NCBI GenBank assembly: GCA_963708185.1
Contig: OY970195.1
Location: forward strand, 672,001-736,000
Source of the DNA: Candidatus Peregrinibacteria bacterium
GTDB lineage: Bacteria > Patescibacteriota > Gracilibacteria > UBA1369
Direction: 5' to 3'
DNA: 64,000 bases
Below, one piece after another: positions 23,164-34,363 of the stretch; position 1 is the first letter of the stretch; the number at the start of each line of letters is the position of its first letter. The notes under the pieces are model-generated. The model was not told the origin of the DNA. It saw only the letters and a program-made list of their open reading frames with translations, and made no database searches. The translations under genes were made by a program, and so were the position numbers.

Positions 23164-23793
23164 ATGGCTGATGACATCAAAATTAGCGGCATGAACAATC
23201 CCCAAACTCAAGGTGGACAAAATTCGGGCGCTCAGCAACCGGCCGGCGACAAACTGAAACCGGTTATTGACCTGCGTGACGCCGACAAAAAAGCCACACC
23301 GACTCCGGGAAGCTCGACTCCGGCAGCCGCTCAACCGGCCGCTGCGGCAAGTGCCCAGGGCGTTCCTTCCGCAAAACGAACCAACGCGATCCTGCTCTCC
23401 GAAGACGAAGAATCGATGCAGGCGCCGGTCCAGGAAAAATATTCCATCCCGGCACTGGTGAAGGAAAAATTTCCCGACCTTATCCAGCTCATCAAGGAGA
23501 CCGAGTCGATGAACGACGAGGAACGCGACTACTGGTTCCAGATTCTCCCGATCATGACCGAGGAACAGATCAAAAAATTCCGCGACATTCTGGTGAACGA
23601 AAAAGAACAGCTTTCCAATCTTGACCAGGATTACGAAAACGAGCTGACGAAACTCAATGAGAAACACATGATCGAATGGAAAGAGTTCGAATCGAAGGAA
23701 AAACGCAAGACGCTCACGGCTGCAGAAAAAGTTTCGCAACAGAAGGAACAGAGCGAAGAGGAGGCTTTGCTGAAACGCCTGAGCCAGGTCTAG
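23164..23793 (+). CDS. Hypothetical protein, paralogue of 7307-7795
   Basis: Low-complexity N-terminus; S(M/L)..EE......P.....QI.....I...E helical domain. Confidence 0.75.
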   Translation: MADDIKISGMNNPQTQGGQNSGAQQPAGDKLKPVIDLRDADKKATPTPGSSTPAAAQPAAAASAQGVPSAKRTNAILLSEDEESMQAPVQEKYSIPALVKEKFPDLIQLIKETESMNDEERDYWFQILPIMTEEQIKKFRDILVNEKEQLSNLDQDYENELTKLNEKHMIEWKEFESKEKRKTLTAAEKVSQQKEQSEEEALLKRLSQV

Positions 23794-23821
23794 TCTTCAA
23801 TCCGTATGGAAACCGTGCGGT

Positions 23822-24825
23822 CTAGTTGCCGCTCCCCGTCGGTCTGGCAAAGACGATGAGGCGTTTTAAGTTTGTGCCGACCGGGGTACAGGTAATGAGC
23901 GTGAGCCGGTTTTCTCCCGCCTGCGCCAACACGTCGACCTGGTCGGGAGTGACGACTTCCGTTTTGTAGACCTGATAATAGTATTTTTTCTGATTGTGGT
24001 AGACGATGACGGTATCGCCGATGACGACTTCGTGCAGTAAGGCGAAAACGTCCTTGAATCTTCCGGGATCCCAGCTGAAATATGAACTGTGTCCGGTGAT
24101 GACGACATTGCCGTTATCTCCCGGTTCTGCCGTTCCCGGATAGTGGACGACTCCGTCCTGGAGCGCCTGCTGGATGTCTTTTTCCAGGGCACCCCAATCG
24201 CGCTTGATGAGGTTTTCGGTGCTTACTTTCACGATGGGAACGTTTCTGTTGATGCGGGGAATGATGACGCGGTCGTCTGGCGGAGCCACCTCAAGATTCA
24301 GATATGGAATCTGTTTTTTGCTTTGATCCGATGTCGCTGTGATCGGCAGCGGTTGCTGGGTCACTCCCGCGGGATGGGTCAGGTTCTGGACTACGGGATT
24401 GGCTTGGATCGTCCCGCGAAGCTGGTTGAGTTTGTCCACGAACAGCGTGCTGTAGGCGTTGTAGTTGATGATGAAAAACAGTACCATAAAAATGAGCGCC
24501 GAGGTCGCCAGCCATTCCAGTGTGTTCCAGATTTTCGTACCGACGGAAACGCCGGTCGTTTTTTTCTGGAGCGGAGCAGGCTCTTCCTTGGTACTTTTCT
24601 TTTGGGCGAAAGCAGGGAGTTTCCCATTGTTTTTGAGCACTTCATTGGCGCCATGAGGAACAGCGACGTTCAACCGGAAAGCTTCGTCCTGCTGTTGTTT
24701 CGTCACTTTCAGGAGCGGGTCGGGTCGCTGGACCTGCTCTGGACCGGGTCGGCTGACGCCGCATTGATGGCGACCTCTTTGGTGCGCTGCGGACCCTTTT
24801 TCTTCGGTGTTTTTTTAGGAGGCAT
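23822..24825 (-). CDS. Sortase; probable N-terminal frameshift at ~24730-24745 (annotated ORF starts at GTG 24706)
   Basis: TM anchor, ITGHSS, LTLITCTP, R; ATG 24825 is one base out of frame. Confidence 0.88.
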
Positions 24826-24885
24826 CTGGTGTTTTGAGCTTTCTTTCACTTCATTATAGCCTATATAAGCCCGTGAAACAACGTT

Positions 24886-26025
24886 TTACCGATCAATGAT
24901 TCCGCCTCCGGCAATTTTTTCGCCATCGTAAAAAACGATAGATTGCCCCGGGGTCACGGCACGCAGCGCAAGGTCAAAATCCACGTCAACAACGCCGCTC
25001 CTGCGCAGTACGGGGCGAATCTTTACCGGCTGGAGCAGCGAACGGTATCTAATCCGGGCGGTGTAGTTTCGTTCACCATCGGGATTTACGCCCTCAATGA
25101 AATTCAGAGAGTGCGCTCTGCATTTTTTGACCAATAGATCCTTGGCTTTCCCCACAATGAGGGCGTTCTTTTTTTTATCGAGCTTCACCACGTACCATGG
25201 ATTTCCTTCCTGATCGGGCATACCCTTGATGCCGCCGATTTCCAGACCTTTGCGCTGACCGATGGTGTAGATGGGAAGCCCTTTATGGGTTCCGATGATC
25301 TTGCCTTCGGCGGTCATGATTGGGCCGGGTTCAAATTTCTTATTTTCAAGATATCGCTTGAGGAAAGGGCCATGGTTTCCTTCGGGAAAAAAGCAGAGAT
25401 TCTGGCTTTCCTTTTGTTCGTTCACCTCCGGAATGCCGTACTTTTTTGCCATGGCCCGCACTTCGGTTTTGGTGAAATCTCCGAGAGGGAAAAGAATATG
25501 TTTCAGTTTCTCCTGGGTCAGCACGTAGAGGAAATAACTCTGATCCTTGGTCTTGTCTTTGGCCGTCCAGAGTTCATAGCGTTCGCCGGATTTCTCTTTC
25601 ACGGTCACTTTTCTGGCATAGTGGCCGGTGGCAACGTAATCCGCGCCGAGTTCCTTCATTTTCTGGAGAAAAAGTCCGAATTTCACGTTGCGGTTACATT
25701 CGACGCAGGGGTTCGGTGTCAGGCCTTTGCCGTATTCCTCAACGAAAAAATCGACGACTTCATGCTTGAAAGCCTCCTCGAAGTTCAACACGTAAAAAGG
25801 AATACCGATCTTCGCCGCCAGCTGGCGGGTCCTGGTCAGGCCTTCCAGGGTGCAGCATTTGTTTTGAGGGAATTTGAGACTGTCTTCTTCGCTAAAAACC
25901 GTCGGATCGGTCCAGAATTTCAAGTGAATCCCTATGACGTCGTACCCCTGTTCTTTCAGGAGACAGGCCGTGACCGATGAGTCCACGCCTCCTGACATTC
26001 CCACTAAAACTTTCTTCTTGGTCAT
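24886..26025 (-). CDS. mnmA: tRNA-specific 2-thiouridylase
   Basis: MSGGVDSS, TPNPC, ATGHYA, KDQSYFL, TPGQ. Confidence 0.97.
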   Translation of the reverse strand: MTKKKVLVGMSGGVDSSVTACLLKEQGYDVIGIHLKFWTDPTVFSEEDSLKFPQNKCCTLEGLTRTRQLAAKIGIPFYVLNFEEAFKHEVVDFFVEEYGKGLTPNPCVECNRNVKFGLFLQKMKELGADYVATGHYARKVTVKEKSGERYELWTAKDKTKDQSYFLYVLTQEKLKHILFPLGDFTKTEVRAMAKKYGIPEVNEQKESQNLCFFPEGNHGPFLKRYLENKKFEPGPIMTAEGKIIGTHKGLPIYTIGQRKGLEIGGIKGMPDQEGNPWYVVKLDKKKNALIVGKAKDLLVKKCRAHSLNFIEGVNPDGERNYTARIRYRSLLQPVKIRPVLRRSGVVDVDFDLALRAVTPGQSIVFYDGEKIAGGGIIDR

Positions 26026-26107
26026 CGTTCTGCCAAAAAAATTGACTTTGCTATGTTTTTATGCCATACTTCACGCACTCTCGCAAGGGGTATTTTAGGG
26101 AAAGCTT

Positions 26108-28498
26108 ATGGAACAGAAACAAGCTCTCATTACCGCCCTCCGCAACGACTATGGACTCGACATTGACGCGATGGTCCATGACGTGGAGCGATACGCTCCA
26201 CATTTTAACGAAAAAAAATTCCGCGAAGCCTTCTATTTTGCCGCACGTGCCCATGAGGGCCAGTTCCGCAAAGAAAACAAGCCTTACATCGTCCATCCCG
26301 TCGAAACGGTCAGGATTTTAATTTCACTTCACGCCGACGAGGACACGGTCATTGCGGCGTTCATGCACGACGTTCCCGAAGACACTCCCCACACCATTGA
26401 TGAGATTGAAAAGAAGTTCGGCAAAAAAATCGCTTTTCTCGTCAACGGGGTGACCAAACTCGCCAAGGTCCATTACCGCAACGACATGGCGACGCGCCAG
26501 GTCGAATCGCTCAAAAAACTTTTCATCTATACGGCGGAGGATCCCCGCATTATTTTGATCAAACTCGCGGACAGGCTTCATAACATGCGAACGCTCCAGT
26601 ACATCGACAAGCCCGAAAAACGCATGCGCATCGCCCGCGAGACTCTTGAAATTTTCGTGCCGGTGGCCAACCTGCTCGGCATCGAAGAACTGAAATCCGA
26701 GCTTGAGGATCTGTGCTTCCGCTATTTGATGCCGGACGAGTATGAAAGCATTTACGACCGCATGCAACGAAGCCGGGAGAAGAACAAAAAAGTCATGGAC
26801 GAAACGCTCGACCTCGTGCATCGTGAACTTGAAAAGGCTCACGTCAAAGCCGTACTTTACGGTCGCCAGAAAAATCTCTACGGCATTTACAAAAAAATCG
26901 TTTCCCAGGGAAAGCGCATGGACGAATTTGATGATTTCATCGCTTTGCGCATTCTGGTGTCGGAACGCGAGGACTGTTACAAGGTCCTCGGCATCCTGCA
27001 TACTCTTTTCAAACCAAAACCGGGTAAATTCAAGGATTACATCGCCGTTCCGAAAGTGAACGGTTACCAGAGTCTCCACACCACCGTGTTCGGTTTGAAG
27101 GGTGTTATCACAGAATTCCAGATCCGCACCCATCAAATGCATCTTGAAGCGGAATACGGAACTGCCGCCAGATATTTTGAACAGCAGGGAAAGAATACCG
27201 AAACCGACGACCGGCGATCGGGGTGGATGGAGAAGATCCGCGACATGGAAAAATCGCAGCGTCCGCAGGATTCTTTCATCGACACGCTCAAGGGAGATAT
27301 TCTCCACGATAGAATTTTCGTCTTCACTCCGCGAGGCGAACCGATTGATCTTCCCCAGGACGCCACGTGCGTTGATTTCGCCTATGCCATCCATACCCAG
27401 GTCGGGCACCGGGCGCTGAAGGCCGATGTCAACGGAGAAATCGTCCCCATTACCAGCACGCTCAATACCGGAGACACCGTCCGCATCATCACTTCGGACC
27501 GCCAGAAAGGTCCGAATCGCGAATGGCTTTTCTTCGCCAAGACCAACAGCGCAAAAAACAAGATCCGCGAATATTTCCAGAAAGAGTCCAAGGAATCAAA
27601 AATCCAGCTTGGCCGGCAGCTTCTCCAGAAAGAGTACGACCGAGCGGGTCTCGGAATCGTGCGTCCGATTCCCCAGAAGAAAATCGATGATTTTGCCAAA
27701 AAATTCACTGAACTCCGTCTGAAAAATTTTGACGACGTGTTGACGTCGATCGGTGAGGGGGCGCTGAGCACTCTCGACCTGATGCACCTGCTTTTCCCCG
27801 TGCGGGACGCCATCAACGGTTCCCAGCATTCCGTGCTGGAATTTCTGCGATTAAAGCCCCAGATGCAAAAAACCCACGTCAACGTCAAAGTCAGTTTTAA
27901 CCAGGATCACCCGGGCCAGCTGCAGAGTCTTCTCAACATCATTTCCAAATTCAACATCAACATTTTAAAAACTGAGGGTTATCTTTCGCTTTTCCGCCGG
28001 GTGTTTTTGTGTAAATTCGTGCTGGAAATTGAAAATTTCCAGCAGCTTTCGGAGCTTTTTGAAAATTTTGAACACGTCCCGGGCGTCCAGCACGTCGAAA
28101 GACAGTTCTGGAAGCGGAAGCTGTCGTTCCTTTTGGTGAGCATGCTCAGCTTTTCGGTGTGGGTCGTCCATCCGTTCATCATGAACCTTGCCAAAAGCGA
28201 ACTGATCCTGAACCCCAACGCCCTGCTCCCAACGCTTTTCCAGTACTTCAGCTTTTTGATGCTCTTCCTCGGAGTTTTTCTCCTGAAGTCGCTCAGCCGG
28301 CGCAGTTTCCCTGAACTTCGCGAAACGACCGCCTACTGGATCATGTCGTTTCTCTTAACGGCCTTCTCGACCGTCACCTTTTTCGGCGAAATTTATTTTC
28401 TGAAGTTAAGTTTCAACTGGGTGTTCATTTTCGGTATGATACTGTTGATCGTGGCCTATCAGATCGCGGAATACATTTACGCGAATGATCGAAGCTGA
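26108..28498 (+). CDS. Long RelA/SpoT homologue with a C-terminal membrane domain
   Basis: HD motif (MHDVPED), KLADRLHNMRT, GYQSLHT, EFQIRT, TGS (DFAYAIHT), ACT-like region, then about four TM helices. Confidence 0.93.
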   Translation: MEQKQALITALRNDYGLDIDAMVHDVERYAPHFNEKKFREAFYFAARAHEGQFRKENKPYIVHPVETVRILISLHADEDTVIAAFMHDVPEDTPHTIDEIEKKFGKKIAFLVNGVTKLAKVHYRNDMATRQVESLKKLFIYTAEDPRIILIKLADRLHNMRTLQYIDKPEKRMRIARETLEIFVPVANLLGIEELKSELEDLCFRYLMPDEYESIYDRMQRSREKNKKVMDETLDLVHRELEKAHVKAVLYGRQKNLYGIYKKIVSQGKRMDEFDDFIALRILVSEREDCYKVLGILHTLFKPKPGKFKDYIAVPKVNGYQSLHTTVFGLKGVITEFQIRTHQMHLEAEYGTAARYFEQQGKNTETDDRRSGWMEKIRDMEKSQRPQDSFIDTLKGDILHDRIFVFTPRGEPIDLPQDATCVDFAYAIHTQVGHRALKADVNGEIVPITSTLNTGDTVRIITSDRQKGPNREWLFFAKTNSAKNKIREYFQKESKESKIQLGRQLLQKEYDRAGLGIVRPIPQKKIDDFAKKFTELRLKNFDDVLTSIGEGALSTLDLMHLLFPVRDAINGSQHSVLEFLRLKPQMQKTHVNVKVSFNQDHPGQLQSLLNIISKFNINILKTEGYLSLFRRVFLCKFVLEIENFQQLSELFENFEHVPGVQHVERQFWKRKLSFLLVSMLSFSVWVVHPFIMNLAKSELILNPNALLPTLFQYFSFLMLFLGVFLLKSLSRRSFPELRETTAYWIMSFLLTAFSTVTFFGEIYFLKLSFNWVFIFGMILLIVAYQIAEYIYANDRS

Positions 28499-28527
28499 TA
28501 CTCCCGTCTTATCCTTAAACTCCTGTC

Positions 28528-29520
28528 ATGATTCGGACTTCCAAGCTGTCGGGTTATAGCGCCGGACTTCTCGCTTCTTTTTTCTGGGGAATCCATTCCG
28601 TCATCATCCGGTCGCTTACCGAACAAGGCATCAGCCCTTACCTCATCGCGGGTCTTAGGTTATACATCGGGACCATCACCCTGTTTCTCATCATTGCCCT
28701 GCAGAGGATTTTTACCTTTAAGAAAGCACGCCAAGAAAAGGTAAAATTCAAGTTCAACCAATTCTTCTGGATCGCGGCGATAAGCCTTGGCATTAATTTC
28801 CTTTTTTTCCAGAGCGGACTTGAGTATACCCTGGCTTCGGACGCGAACCTCATCCAGAATTTCTCCCCGGTCGCGGTGCTCATCATCAGCACGATCTTTT
28901 TAACGCATCGCATTAAAGAGATCGCGCCGAACAAGGTTTTCTGGACCAAAGTCTTCCAGATCGTGCTTGTCGGTTCGATCGGCGCTTCGCTGGTTCTCGT
29001 CAATGATTCCAACAACAAGATCGTGAGCGACGACCTGAAGTTTCTCGGTGATTTCCTCGAATTCGCGGGAATGATCTTCTTCTCCATTTTCGTCATTTGC
29101 AGCAGCGAATATTCAAAACTCGAAAAGAAAATTCCAAGTCTCTACGTGACGATGGTAACGTTGGCGGTTGCCGCCATCCCCGTCACCCTCTTCGTTCCTT
29201 TTGGTGACCTCGTGAAACTCACGGCCGAACAGTGGGGCCTGATTATTTTCATCGGTGTCTTTTCCACCGGCGTAGCGTACTGGCTCTGGCACGTCGCCTC
29301 CAAGCGTCTGAACGTCATTCCTCTCACCCTGAACCTTGTCTATATCGGAATTATCACGGTTTTGAGCGAGGTTCTTTTCCTGCATATTGCCCTGGACTGG
29401 AAATTTGTTTTTGGAGGTATCTTAATGATCATCGCTTCAGTTGCGGCCGAAATCATCAATCTGAAAGCCAAAAACTACCGCCGGCAGCGCATCGACGGAG
29501 AGCTGGGACCGTTGTCCTGA
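28528..29520 (+). CDS. EamA/DMT family transporter
   Basis: About ten TM helices in two EamA-like halves. Confidence 0.85.
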   Translation: MIRTSKLSGYSAGLLASFFWGIHSVIIRSLTEQGISPYLIAGLRLYIGTITLFLIIALQRIFTFKKARQEKVKFKFNQFFWIAAISLGINFLFFQSGLEYTLASDANLIQNFSPVAVLIISTIFLTHRIKEIAPNKVFWTKVFQIVLVGSIGASLVLVNDSNNKIVSDDLKFLGDFLEFAGMIFFSIFVICSSEYSKLEKKIPSLYVTMVTLAVAAIPVTLFVPFGDLVKLTAEQWGLIIFIGVFSTGVAYWLWHVASKRLNVIPLTLNLVYIGIITVLSEVLFLHIALDWKFVFGGILMIIASVAAEIINLKAKNYRRQRIDGELGPLS

Positions 29521-29648
29521 ATTTCCTCTCTTTTCACCCTATTGTCACAAGTGGACGTTTCATTTGATACATGCTAATTTGTAGATAACAGTTAGCTTGA
29601 CAAAAATTAAATTTATCATTAGAGTTTGCTACCCGGTGTTATATAATA

Positions 29649-31604
29649 ATGAGCTCTTACCGACAAACTATGGGAGTTGAAGTGTCACAACCAGATTCTC
29701 AAGGTGAAACAACAATCCCGCGTTCCGCGAAATTGACGGCAACGTCTCCGAAAATTTTAAGAATGCCCGAAGGGAGGAAGGATCTGCAAAAACTTGTCAG
29801 GAAAAGTAACCCTGAAAGGGTGAAAAAGACGGTTACCAGAAATGTTGAAGGCAGGAGAAGGTCCACCCACGGCATGGTTCAGGAATGCATGCCCAAAGAG
29901 TTGTTTTTGGGAGGGAGAGTCCGTGTGGGAACATCCTCGGTCAGTTTTGCCATACCCAATAAACCGAGCACGCTCAGTAGCGCAACAAGCACGCCAATTC
30001 CCGGAAGCGGAACCATGGAGGGAGGAAGCGGACAAGGAGGAGGGAACGGCGGCGACGGCAATGGGAAGAAGAAAAAACCGTCGGGAGAACATCCGGCCGT
30101 GACCGAAGACCTTGAAGGAAAACTTTTACCGAGCCCCGATGTCGAGGAAGCCAAACAGCTCCTCGCAAAAAACCATAATATTTTCGTCGAAGCGGTCCAT
30201 TTACATCCGACCACGGACAACCAGCAGGAATACCGCAAAAGACTTTTTAATAAACCAGAGTTCCTGCAGACGATCCATGAACTCCAACAGCGCCGAGATC
30301 TGAAAGACGTGGAGACGCTGGATTCGGCTGAACGGGTCAGAAAATACTATGAACTCCAGGCAGCCGCCGACGCTTATAAAGCCGGCGACATTCCCGAAGA
30401 AAATCTCGGAGCGATGTTCGGTCTTGAAGGTGATGATCTCATGGACCTTTTCTGCTCGCTCGAAGGCGACGATATCGTGAGAAAGAAAAGCGCCGAGTTT
30501 GCCATCGGCAACGGAGAGATCAGCCGTACACTGCGCGACGCCGTCAACAAATACATCGGCCTTGCCTACATGCGCTACGGAGCTCCGGAAAAAGGCGCCA
30601 TCCCACGACGCATCTGGAACGCCATGTACACCAACGGTTTTGCAGCTGCCAAAGGTCCGCGCAGCATGGATCCAAACATCACCGGCATTGATTTCGTGGG
30701 CAAATTCGTCGACAAGGCCAGCAAGAAACTCATCAACGGCATTCAGGCCGACATCTGTTCCCCTCCCGAAGACTTTTTCGAAAAAATGTGGAAGGCCGAA
30801 TACGGCCTGGAACCGAACTCCCTTGATTTCATTTTCATGAACCTGGCGCTCGACCGCCTCAGCGACATCCACGCCACGCTCAAAATCATGAAACTCCTGG
30901 CTAAAACTGACGGATCCACCCAGTTCATGTTCGGATTTTACGCCCCGTTTTCCCCGGAAACGATCAGTTTCTCCAAGAACGACAACATTCCCGAATTCGA
31001 CTGTTTCGATCCCGCCAACGATTTCCGCAGCCGATGGATGAACCGCGACCGCGCCGAAACGATCTACCAGATCGTCCGAGATTTGAATATGATGTATGGC
31101 TTCAACACCAAACGCATCGCCGAACATGAATACGAGGTGTACAGCGCCCACTGCATCGCGGAACCCGCCGGCGTGCTGCGCAAAGACCCCAAGTACGCAT
31201 TTCTCCGCACTTACGATTTCCGCGACAGCGAGCTCAACGAACGCCGCGACGCGGTGTTCAGCGGAAAGATTGCCGACGAAGACATGGTCGGATTCCCGGA
31301 ACGAGAAAACATCATCCTCATCGCCGGCAACATTACGCTTCCCGAAGAAGGCAGCGTCTACGGCAACATCGAGGTCACGGATAAAAAACGAGGACAGGGA
31401 CAGCGTTTGATCATTGAGGATCCCAAAGATCCAAAATACGCCTTCTTGCGCGACTTTAACTTCGGCAAAAAGAGACTGAACAATCTGAGAGACCAGATTT
31501 TCGAAGGTAACCAGCCAGGCCGCATTCCTTACCGCCAACGGATGAAAGCGCAAATGGCCGCTCAACGGAAAGCATACCTGAAAAACCTCAAAAAGACCGC
31601 CTAG
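29649..31604 (+). CDS. Hypothetical protein with a possible class I methyltransferase-like fold
   Basis: ITGIDF, IQADI, LEPNSLDFIFMNLALD pattern; internal repeat. Confidence 0.6.
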   Translation: MSSYRQTMGVEVSQPDSQGETTIPRSAKLTATSPKILRMPEGRKDLQKLVRKSNPERVKKTVTRNVEGRRRSTHGMVQECMPKELFLGGRVRVGTSSVSFAIPNKPSTLSSATSTPIPGSGTMEGGSGQGGGNGGDGNGKKKKPSGEHPAVTEDLEGKLLPSPDVEEAKQLLAKNHNIFVEAVHLHPTTDNQQEYRKRLFNKPEFLQTIHELQQRRDLKDVETLDSAERVRKYYELQAAADAYKAGDIPEENLGAMFGLEGDDLMDLFCSLEGDDIVRKKSAEFAIGNGEISRTLRDAVNKYIGLAYMRYGAPEKGAIPRRIWNAMYTNGFAAAKGPRSMDPNITGIDFVGKFVDKASKKLINGIQADICSPPEDFFEKMWKAEYGLEPNSLDFIFMNLALDRLSDIHATLKIMKLLAKTDGSTQFMFGFYAPFSPETISFSKNDNIPEFDCFDPANDFRSRWMNRDRAETIYQIVRDLNMMYGFNTKRIAEHEYEVYSAHCIAEPAGVLRKDPKYAFLRTYDFRDSELNERRDAVFSGKIADEDMVGFPERENIILIAGNITLPEEGSVYGNIEVTDKKRGQGQRLIIEDPKDPKYAFLRDFNFGKKRLNNLRDQIFEGNQPGRIPYRQRMKAQMAAQRKAYLKNLKKTA

Positions 31605-31620
31605 CGAGAAGGCATTTATT

Positions 31621-32340
31621 TCAATCTTTCACCGCTTCCTCGGCTTCCTCAATGGAAAGCTTTCTTTCGTAAAAGGCTTTACCGATAATGGCACCCGATG
31701 CGCCTATTTTCTTGAGCAGTTTGAGCTGTTTGGCTTCTGAAATCCCTCCTGAAACGTAGATTTTGAGATCTTTTCCGGTGATCAAAAACAGACGATCGAC
31801 TTCGTCGTAGTTGGGCTGGATCATCGTTCCCTCGCTGTATTCGTCTTTGTAGACGATCTCTTTCACTCCCATCGGAACGATTTTTTCGGCAAAATCCACG
31901 ACGTCGACAAGGTCTCCGTCGGGTAAAATGCCGTCTCCCACCACGCCGCTGCCTTTGGCCTGAATTTCCACGATGACTTTTCCCGGACCGAACATCCGGA
32001 TCGCTTCCTGAAAGATGTTCTCGGCGAAAGGACGAAGCACGACTTTGGCCGCGCCTTTTTCAAAAGCGGTCTTCATGTCTTCAATGCTGTGAAAACTCGC
32101 CTCAACCTGAACAGGAATTTTTACCGCAGCGGTAATCTTTTTTATGACACCGACCTGCATGTAATGGCCTTCCTTGCGGCTGTTAAGGTCCACGAGATGG
32201 ATTTTTTTTGCGCCCTGTTTCTCGAAAAATCTGGCCATCTCCACGGGGCTTTTGAAGTAGGTCTCCATCTGCTCATAACTGCCTTTGTAGAGGGCGACGC
32301 ACCGTCCGTTAAGAACATAAATTTCCGGAATGATCTCCAT
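31621..32340 (-). CDS. HisA/HisF-like TIM-barrel protein (degenerate)
   Basis: G.CV.L.KG, GA..IHLVDL, SGGI, GAIIGKAFY; N-terminal catalytic Asp absent. Confidence 0.8.
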   Translation of the reverse strand: MEIIPEIYVLNGRCVALYKGSYEQMETYFKSPVEMARFFEKQGAKKIHLVDLNSRKEGHYMQVGVIKKITAAVKIPVQVEASFHSIEDMKTAFEKGAAKVVLRPFAENIFQEAIRMFGPGKVIVEIQAKGSGVVGDGILPDGDLVDVVDFAEKIVPMGVKEIVYKDEYSEGTMIQPNYDEVDRLFLITGKDLKIYVSGGISEAKQLKLLKKIGASGAIIGKAFYERKLSIEEAEEAVKD

Positions 32341-32348
32341 ATCTGGCG

Positions 32349-33436
32349 TCAGTTATTGAACCTGAAATGCATGATGTCTCCATCTTTGACGACGTACTCC
32401 TTTCCTTCGGTGCGCATGAAACCTTTTTCTTTCGCCGCCTGTTCGCTGCCGGCTTTGACGTAATCGTCGTAAGCGATGGTTTCCGCACAAATAAACCCTT
32501 TTTCGAAGTCGGTGTGGATGACCCCCGCTGCTTGCGGGCCCTTGTCACCAAGGTGAATGGTCCAGGCGCGAACCTCCTTGGCCCGGCCGTGAAATACGTG
32601 ATGAGACCGAGCGTTTCGTACGCCGCCTGAATCAGTGCGTTCAGACCGGTTTCTTTGAGGCCGAGGTCCTGGAGGAACATTCTGGCTTCCTCGTCACTGA
32701 GAGCTCCCAGCTCTTCCTCGATCTTCGCCGAAATGGGGATAACCTTCTGTTCAGGCTTGAGATTCAACGTTTTTTTGAAATTCCCGGCGTCAAAATTCTG
32801 AATTTCGTTTTCACTGACATTGGCGATATAGAGAAGCGGCTTCGCGGTTAACAGGTGAAGATCCTCCATTTCAATCTTTTCTTCAGGAGTGAAATCGGAG
32901 TCGATGATTTTTTTGCCCTCGGAGAGCATTTTTTCAACTTTTTCCACCAGCACGGCGTAAGCGGCCTTTTTCTTGTCGCCGGATTTTGCTTCATTCTTGG
33001 CTTTTGACAGACGTTTTTGCACAGTCTGCAGATCGGCGAGAATAAGTTCCGTTTCCAGGACTTCCATGTCCCGCTTGGGATCCACGTTGCCGTGAACGTG
33101 AATGACGTTCCCGTCACTGAAGACGCGGACTACCTGCGCTATAGCTTCGCATTCTCGAATATGGGCCAGGAACTGGTTGCCCAGACCTTCGCCTTCACTG
33201 GCTCCTTTGACCAGACCGGCAATGTCCACGAACTCGACGATGGCAGGAATGGTTTTTTCCGGCTTGACCAGTTCAACGAGTTTCTGGAGCCTTGCGTCCG
33301 GCACTTCGACGACGCCGACATTGGGATCAATGGTACAAAAGGGGTAGTTCGCCGCCATGGCGCTTTTTGATTTGGTCAGGGCGTTAAAGAGAGTGGACTT
33401 TCCAACGTTGGGAAGTCCGACGATACCAATTTTCAT
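32349..33436 (-). CDS. ychF: Ribosome-binding ATPase YchF, 1-nt frameshift at ~32580
   Basis: [25 protein letters not shown]; after YFTAGP the KEVRAWT...HFRFNN C-terminus continues in another frame. Confidence 0.95.
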
Positions 33437-33439
33437 AAG

Positions 33440-34363
33440 TTAAGGAGCGGTTAAGGAGATCGTGACGGAGTTGGGTTGAGAATCCGGGAGAGAAATCCCG
33501 TCGGGGAGGATGAGATTGGCTTTCACGGGAAGAGAAGAGTTCTTGAGCGTATCGAGGGAAACCGGTTCGGTCTGGATGCTGTCGAGCGCATTGATGTCTT
33601 CCGCTTTTCCCTGAATGATGATGGTTTCAGGTGTCACGACCATTTTTTTTGACATAACGGTGAGATCGATCGACCCCTGGAGGTCCGGTTTTACCAGGAC
33701 CGTTTTTTGCTGCATCTCTTGATTGATGGCTACTTCGACCGTGACCTGTTCCGGGTCCAGAGTCACGCTCTTGAGTGACGACACGGTATCGGGAAGCTTG
33801 AGCGTTATATTCTGTTTGTAGGTAGCGCTTTCATTTCCCGAAAGCTGAATTGGAGCGCTGATGGAAGTTATCCCTTCAAGCAAACTCTTGCCTCCGCTGA
33901 TTTTCACCGTGGCCGGTGAAACCTGGATATCGCCCACACTGTAGCCCTTTGCCGGATTCCCGCTGACTGTCGTCTTCACTTTCACCGATTTCTGCGTTAC
34001 CGGCTCAAGGACGACATGGACCGTTGAAGGTTCCGTCTTGAGGATCGTGACGTTGTCGTTTTTCGAAGTTGCCGACAGCGGAACGTCCTGTTCCCCTTCT
34101 TTGGCGTTCTTCAGGTCCACGGAAAGATCGAAATCGCTTTTGGAGAGGTTCTTGATGAGGCTCTGGTCCGCCCGGATGCGAATGGTGGCCTTGCCGAGAT
34201 CGCTGGACACGCTCATGTCCTGGGGCACGTTGATGGCGTGAATTTCGATCTGTTCTGGGAAACGATAGGAGTTGTTTTCGATGCCGACGACAAAAAACCA
34301 CAAAACAATGGCGGAGAGCAGCGCCAAAATTTTCAATTCCCAGTTTTTGAGAAATCCTTTCAT
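33440..34363 (-). CDS. cdaR: CdaR/YbbR-like regulator
   Basis: N..LKILALL.AI.LW.FV anchor, YbbR repeats, overlaps the cdaA stop. Confidence 0.88.
   Translation of the reverse strand: MKGFLKNWELKILALLSAIVLWFFVVGIENNSYRFPEQIEIHAINVPQDMSVSSDLGKATIRIRADQSLIKNLSKSDFDLSVDLKNAKEGEQDVPLSATSKNDNVTILKTEPSTVHVVLEPVTQKSVKVKTTVSGNPAKGYSVGDIQVSPATVKISGGKSLLEGITSISAPIQLSGNESATYKQNITLKLPDTVSSLKSVTLDPEQVTVEVAINQEMQQKTVLVKPDLQGSIDLTVMSKKMVVTPETIIIQGKAEDINALDSIQTEPVSLDTLKNSSLPVKANLILPDGISLPDSQPNSVTISLTAP

Noticed and set aside
32349-33436. ychF and other split genes as true pseudogenes or programmed frameshifts
   Set aside because: Single indels in otherwise intact genes with no slippery heptamer; sequencing error is more likely.
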